DNA of 64,000 nucleotides from an uncultured Acidobacteriota bacterium (GTDB lineage Bacteria; Acidobacteriota; CAIWXX01): NCBI GenBank assembly GCA_903916735.1, contig CAIWXX010000053.1, positions 26,260 to 90,259 of the forward strand, read 5' to 3'. Shown piece by piece: positions 60,608 to 64,000 of this stretch (position 1 is its first letter; each line of letters starts with the position of its first letter). The notes under the pieces were generated by a model. It saw only the letters and a program-made list of their open reading frames with translations, ran no database searches and was not told where the DNA came from. The position numbers and the translations under genes were made by a program.

Positions 60608-60961
60608 TTAAGAATCCGCCGGCACGATCATCGTTTGGAGTTTCTTGGCTGCCGTGTTGATGGCCAAACTTAGGAGGGGCAAGTTAATGTTGCGCACGCA
60701 AAGAATACATAAGCAACCCACTCTAATACTCTTCGTGATGAACCGACCCTCATCATAGATCAGATCAACATCGCAGGTTTTGCGCCGACGTTCAGTCATT
60801 AGCCCGGCCATTGTTTGAGCGATGGCGCGACCCACCGTTGAAAGGATTGCATCGTCGAAGAGAGCAGGCAGTGCAGACACAAGGATCCGTCCCTCTTCAT
60901 CACAGACAAATGAGCCCGTGACCCCTGTGACAGCATTAATATCGTTCAGTAGTTTTTTCAT
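60608..60961 (-). CDS. Roadblock/LC7 (MglB-like) domain protein
   Basis: MKKLLNDINAVTGVTGSFVCDEEGRILVSALP…TVGRAIAQTMAGL…VDLIYDEGRFITKSIRVGCLCILC…. 117 aa. Confidence 0.7.
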   Translation of the reverse strand: MKKLLNDINAVTGVTGSFVCDEEGRILVSALPALFDDAILSTVGRAIAQTMAGLMTERRRKTCDVDLIYDEGRFITKSIRVGCLCILCVRNINLPLLSLAINTAAKKLQTMIVPADS

Positions 60962-61031
60962 GATGTGCTCTTGGCTCTTCTACCGCTTGTCACAACCCAC
61001 CTCAGCGAGGTCTACTTCAAAAACTGTTCGG

Positions 61032-62159
61032 CTATTCGGGAGTCTCATACCACTGCACCCGCTCTCCAATCAATGCCCGCCGATGCCATTTCCCCGACTT
61101 TGGCGCCTCATCGATGATATGTAAGAGCCGGCGCGTCCTCTCTATGATGACTGTCGCATCATTCCCCAGCTTGTTCTCAGAAAAAGTAACGCATTTCTCA
61201 AGGTTAATAGTGGCGGTTTTGTACCATCCCCAATCGTTAGTACATAGTTCGAGGATACGTGACGTATCAATCTTCCCCTGCTCCTTCGGTCCACCTAGCT
61301 CATGATCATGGATGATGGCACAGATGGCTCTCAGGCAATCATCGTTGGTCTCCACCGACTGCAGTTTCCACAACAGCAAATCCGCCAGAGGGATTGTCTC
61401 CTCATCGGAATCCAACCTGTCGGCAAAATTGAGCTTGTGATATGAATTCAAAGTGTCCAAGAACACCTCAATTCCGATTTTCTTTTCCGAATGAATGAAC
61501 CTCAACAGCTGGCTTCCGTGCAGGAGATTGAATCGACGCTCAGGCAAATATCCCAACCTCTCCAAGATATGATTTATCTGCGCTGAATATTTGGCTCGGC
61601 TGGCCAGGTCCAGGATGCTCTCGTTACCGTTGGACGATGGCGCGATTCGATCAGTATTTGGGCAGCGCAAGCGGATTCCAGTATCCCCTGTCGCCCGTAA
61701 AACCACTCCTTGTGCTCGAGCGGCGGAAATGAACGAACGAACCTCCTCATTCAAATCCGTGGTGCGTGCAGCCGCTGCCTCCTGCACCGCTGCGTCCCTG
61801 GCGGTTGTTTCCACGCGCTCCCCCAGAAACTTCGTCAGCTTTTTTGCCGCCACGTTAACCGTTAAGTTCAGGAGGGGGACGTTAATGCTGCGCGCGCAAA
61901 GGACGCACAGACAGCCCGTTCCCAGGCTCTTGATGATGAGCCGGCTGTGACTATAGACGAGATCAATATCGCCGACTTTCCGCCGCTGCACGGCCGCCAT
62001 TCCGGTAATGGTTTGGACGATGGGCCGCCCGATGGCTGAAAGAGCCGCTTCATCAAGGCTATCGGGCAGCACGGAAGCCATCAACGTCCCGGCGTTGCTG
62101 CAGACGAAGGAACCCATCACGCCATGCACCGCATTGATATTTTTTAGCACGTCTTCCAT
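61032..62159 (-). CDS. Roadblock/LC7 domain protein fused to an unassigned C-terminal domain (paralog of 51868..52683)
   Basis: N-terminal MEDVLKNINAVHGVMGSFVCSNAGTLMASVLP…IGRPIVQTITGM…IDLVYSHSRLIIKSLGTGCLCVLC (Roadblock). C-terminal ~250 aa align with the stand-alone ORF 51868..52683. Confidence 0.65.
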   Translation of the reverse strand: MEDVLKNINAVHGVMGSFVCSNAGTLMASVLPDSLDEAALSAIGRPIVQTITGMAAVQRRKVGDIDLVYSHSRLIIKSLGTGCLCVLCARSINVPLLNLTVNVAAKKLTKFLGERVETTARDAAVQEAAAARTTDLNEEVRSFISAARAQGVVLRATGDTGIRLRCPNTDRIAPSSNGNESILDLASRAKYSAQINHILERLGYLPERRFNLLHGSQLLRFIHSEKKIGIEVFLDTLNSYHKLNFADRLDSDEETIPLADLLLWKLQSVETNDDCLRAICAIIHDHELGGPKEQGKIDTSRILELCTNDWGWYKTATINLEKCVTFSENKLGNDATVIIERTRRLLHIIDEAPKSGKWHRRALIGERVQWYETPE

Positions 62160-62180
62160 GGTTTGACCTCTTTATGCCAC

Positions 62181-62834
62181 TTAAGCCCAGGCAGCGAGAG
62201 AGTTTTTCACATCGGATGCCACCAGAATCGGCGATGCCTTTTCTTTCAGGTGCAAACCGACAAAGAAATTGGTCCTTCCTAAGACCTGAACCCTGTCATT
62301 ACCGAGGGCTACCGTGCCCCAATCGAAAGGACCTAGGGCCATTGCTTCGCCGATCTGGTCAGCGGCGGTACCCAGAAAGACGGCAACAGCTCCTTCTTTC
62401 TCCGCATTGCCTTCGGTCGCTTCGGCGAGAATAGTCCCGTCTCGAGCCACAATGACAGCTCCACTCACCGCTGCCATCTCGCTGAGATCTCGAACCAATT
62501 TGCGGAGTTTGTCATCCTCTGATGACTTCCCTGACTCGAGGCGCTGCATTCCCTCCAAGAGGATGCTACTCAAGCTCCGGTCTATTGTTCTTTCTGTCAT
62601 AGCGATGCCGTATTCCACGCTGAAAGTACCCGCCTTCCAACGCAAGAGCTCGAATACAGCCTCCTCTCCTACCAGAGAGCCAGTAAAGGCATGTACGATG
62701 TTGCCACCGCTACAGAAGATAACGCCTTCTTTTCCCAAATATTCCAGAGTTATCTTGACTTCGTTCATCTCCTGGCAATTCAACTGAATCAGGTTACTCA
62801 GGTTGAGGTCCTTCAAACTTCCTTCTAGTGACAT
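62181..62834 (-). CDS. DUF4388-like N-domain plus Roadblock/LC7 C-domain protein
   Basis: N-terminal LEGSLKDLNLSNLIQLNCQEMNEVKITL…GKEGVIFCSGGNIVHA…GEEAVFELLRWKAGTFSV (DUF4388 pattern). C-terminal …AVSGAVIVARDGTILAEA…. Confidence 0.6.
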   Translation of the reverse strand: MSLEGSLKDLNLSNLIQLNCQEMNEVKITLEYLGKEGVIFCSGGNIVHAFTGSLVGEEAVFELLRWKAGTFSVEYGIAMTERTIDRSLSSILLEGMQRLESGKSSEDDKLRKLVRDLSEMAAVSGAVIVARDGTILAEATEGNAEKEGAVAVFLGTAADQIGEAMALGPFDWGTVALGNDRVQVLGRTNFFVGLHLKEKASPILVASDVKNSLAAWA

Positions 62835-63136
62835 ATTCCTCCTCCTCGTCGGGCACTCATGATTTCTATTGTGTAAAATTCAGAAAAGTAACTCCCGGCG
62901 GGCGCGAGTACACGTCCACAGGCAGTTGATTCGCTTTGGATAGTCATGGGCCATAGTGAAAACATAGGCTTGGTGAGGCGTTTTGTCAAGAATTTCAGAT
63001 TGAGCAAGCCGATATGAACACGAGCCTTGGCATCATTGAGATAGCGCCGGCCGGCATGAAGAGCCATGCCGGCCTTGACTAATTCTTCGATGCGCCAGTC
63101 GCCGACTTCACAGACCCGGCGTGGTCGCAGGTGCAT
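62825..63136 (-). CDS. hypothetical small protein (very tentative resemblance to a pyruvoyl-type decarboxylase C-terminal motif)
   Basis: 103-aa ORF in an operon-like array with the flanking genes. …WPMTIQSESTACG… is faintly reminiscent of SpeH …HTWPE…TCG. Not reliable. Confidence 0.25.
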   Translation of the reverse strand: MHLRPRRVCEVGDWRIEELVKAGMALHAGRRYLNDAKARVHIGLLNLKFLTKRLTKPMFSLWPMTIQSESTACGRVLAPAGSYFSEFYTIEIMSARRGGGICH

Positions 63137-63183
63137 ATCCTGACGCGGCGCAATAATTTCATCATGCTGGATGCAGTCAAAAG

Positions 63184-64000
63184 TCAGTTGATCTGAATTT
63201 CGTATCTGTGTGTTACGCGCATGTTGCGACGGCCCAGCTCAAGGATAAATTCATCGCGCACTTTCCTATCCAAGATCTCCGGCGCGGTGATGCCCTTCTC
63301 CTTGATCATATCCCTCACCATAAACTCGGCATAAATCGCCGCAGGAGTGCTTGTGCCATATGATACGCTGGTGGCGCCCGGAATGCGACCATTCACCCAT
63401 TTGATATCGGGTGGAAAAATATAGTGAGTGATCGTTGCCGGTTTGCCGTCTTTCTCGCCGATGCAGTCAACGGCCACAACGCCATGATCCGTGATCTCGC
63501 CTGCGAGGGCGAGTTTGGCTAGCTCATTCGGTGGCGGGTTGGGCGGCAATGTGGCGACATACACATCGATCGGTCGGACCTTCGTGCCATCCTTCAGGGT
63601 AATTGGGTGCTTGCTCACGAGACCGGAACTCACCAAAGCGAGCTCGGCATCCATGCCTTCTTCCCGACCGCCCATCTTGAAATCGACATAACGCAGGCCC
63701 TTATCGCCGAATTTCTTGGGCAGCAATCGCGGCAGCGTGCTGACTTCTTCATGATCATGGCAAATGACCGAGCCGATGCCGAATGGCTCGGGGAATTGGT
63801 ATTTTTCGCGGCGGCCGAAGATCTCGACGCGCTTAAACTCACCATCCTCGTACAACAATGGCGGCTGCGCGCAGTCTGTGTAATAGGTCTCTTGAGACCA
63901 AACCTGCAACGGCACTGGTGATTCAAAAATAGAGAAATCCTTGATACGGATCTCGAAGCACTTATCGAGGTCTTCGTAACCGTTGGCAGCGAATGTGTTG
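63184..64000 (-). CDS. saccharopine-dehydrogenase-family protein (C-terminal part; 5' end outside window). Possibly carboxynorspermidine/homospermidine-type enzyme.
   Basis: The ORF stays open upstream through the window end (…NTFAANGYEDLDKCFEIRIKDFSIFESPVPLQVWSQETYY…). The track's M at 63915 is an internal GTG. Sacc-DH-like C-terminal region. Confidence 0.45.
   Translation of the reverse strand, partial: NTFAANGYEDLDKCFEIRIKDFSIFESPVPLQVWSQETYYTDCAQPPLLYEDGEFKRVEIFGRREKYQFPEPFGIGSVICHDHEEVSTLPRLLPKKFGDKGLRYVDFKMGGREEGMDAELALVSSGLVSKHPITLKDGTKVRPIDVYVATLPPNPPPNELAKLALAGEITDHGVVAVDCIGEKDGKPATITHYIFPPDIKWVNGRIPGATSVSYGTSTPAAIYAEFMVRDMIKEKGITAPEILDRKVRDEFILELGRRNMRVTHRYEIQIN

Noticed and set aside
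62825-63136. Assignment of the small ORF as S-adenosylmethionine decarboxylase (SpeH)
   Set aside because: Only a faint WP…TCG-like motif. The N-terminal Ser-cleavage motif could not be located. Kept as a low-confidence hypothetical.
1-64000. CRISPR arrays, tRNA, rRNA
   Set aside because: No regularly spaced direct repeats and no tRNA-like T-arm/anticodon structures or rRNA-like segments seen on reading the intergenic regions. Cannot be fully excluded without tRNAscan/Infernal.

Overview
High-GC bacterial chromosomal window, probably from an anaerobe (tungsten-type aldehyde:ferredoxin oxidoreductase, ferredoxin, sigma-54 activator). It has three parts.

(1) 1-10 kb: a housekeeping block on the minus strand (gpsA, plsY, thpR, cinA, pgpA, rimO, asnS), preceded by a 5'-truncated FHA/GAF gene.

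(2) ~11-32.8 kb: a single minus-strand type III secretion (injectisome-like) gene cluster in Yersinia ysc order. It runs yscE-like, sctF needle, YscG-like TPR chaperone, SctI-like, a GNAT gene, sctJ, a K-position ORF, sctL, sctN, sctO, sctP, an FHA::SctQ fusion, a FliO-like gene, sctR, sctS, sctT, sctU, sctV, a tail-anchored FHA protein and FHA-SctD. Upstream of it sit a class-II TPR chaperone, a Gly-rich harpin-like protein with a needle-like C-terminus, and a FliA-type sigma factor with a coupled small FlgM-like ORF. No secretin (SctC) and no gatekeeper (SctW) is visible in the window.

(3) 33-64 kb: metabolic and accessory genes. These are glycerate kinase, a membrane-fused spermidine-synthase-like protein, purH, htrA, an NtrC-type regulator, a lipoate ligase, a WD40 protein, a decayed phage/plasmid remnant (split primase, XRE, DUF4160), a DAACS symporter, a C39-like peptidase, AOR plus ferredoxin, a beta-alanine/polyamine-type catabolic block (mmsA, two class-III aminotransferases, an APC permease, Lrp), and a Roadblock/LC7 (MglB-like) gene trio carrying an unassigned domain that also occurs as a stand-alone paralog.

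A ~200-bp structured repeat occurs three times in intergenic DNA (33.0, 48.1, 60.4 kb). No rRNA, tRNA or CRISPR array was found.
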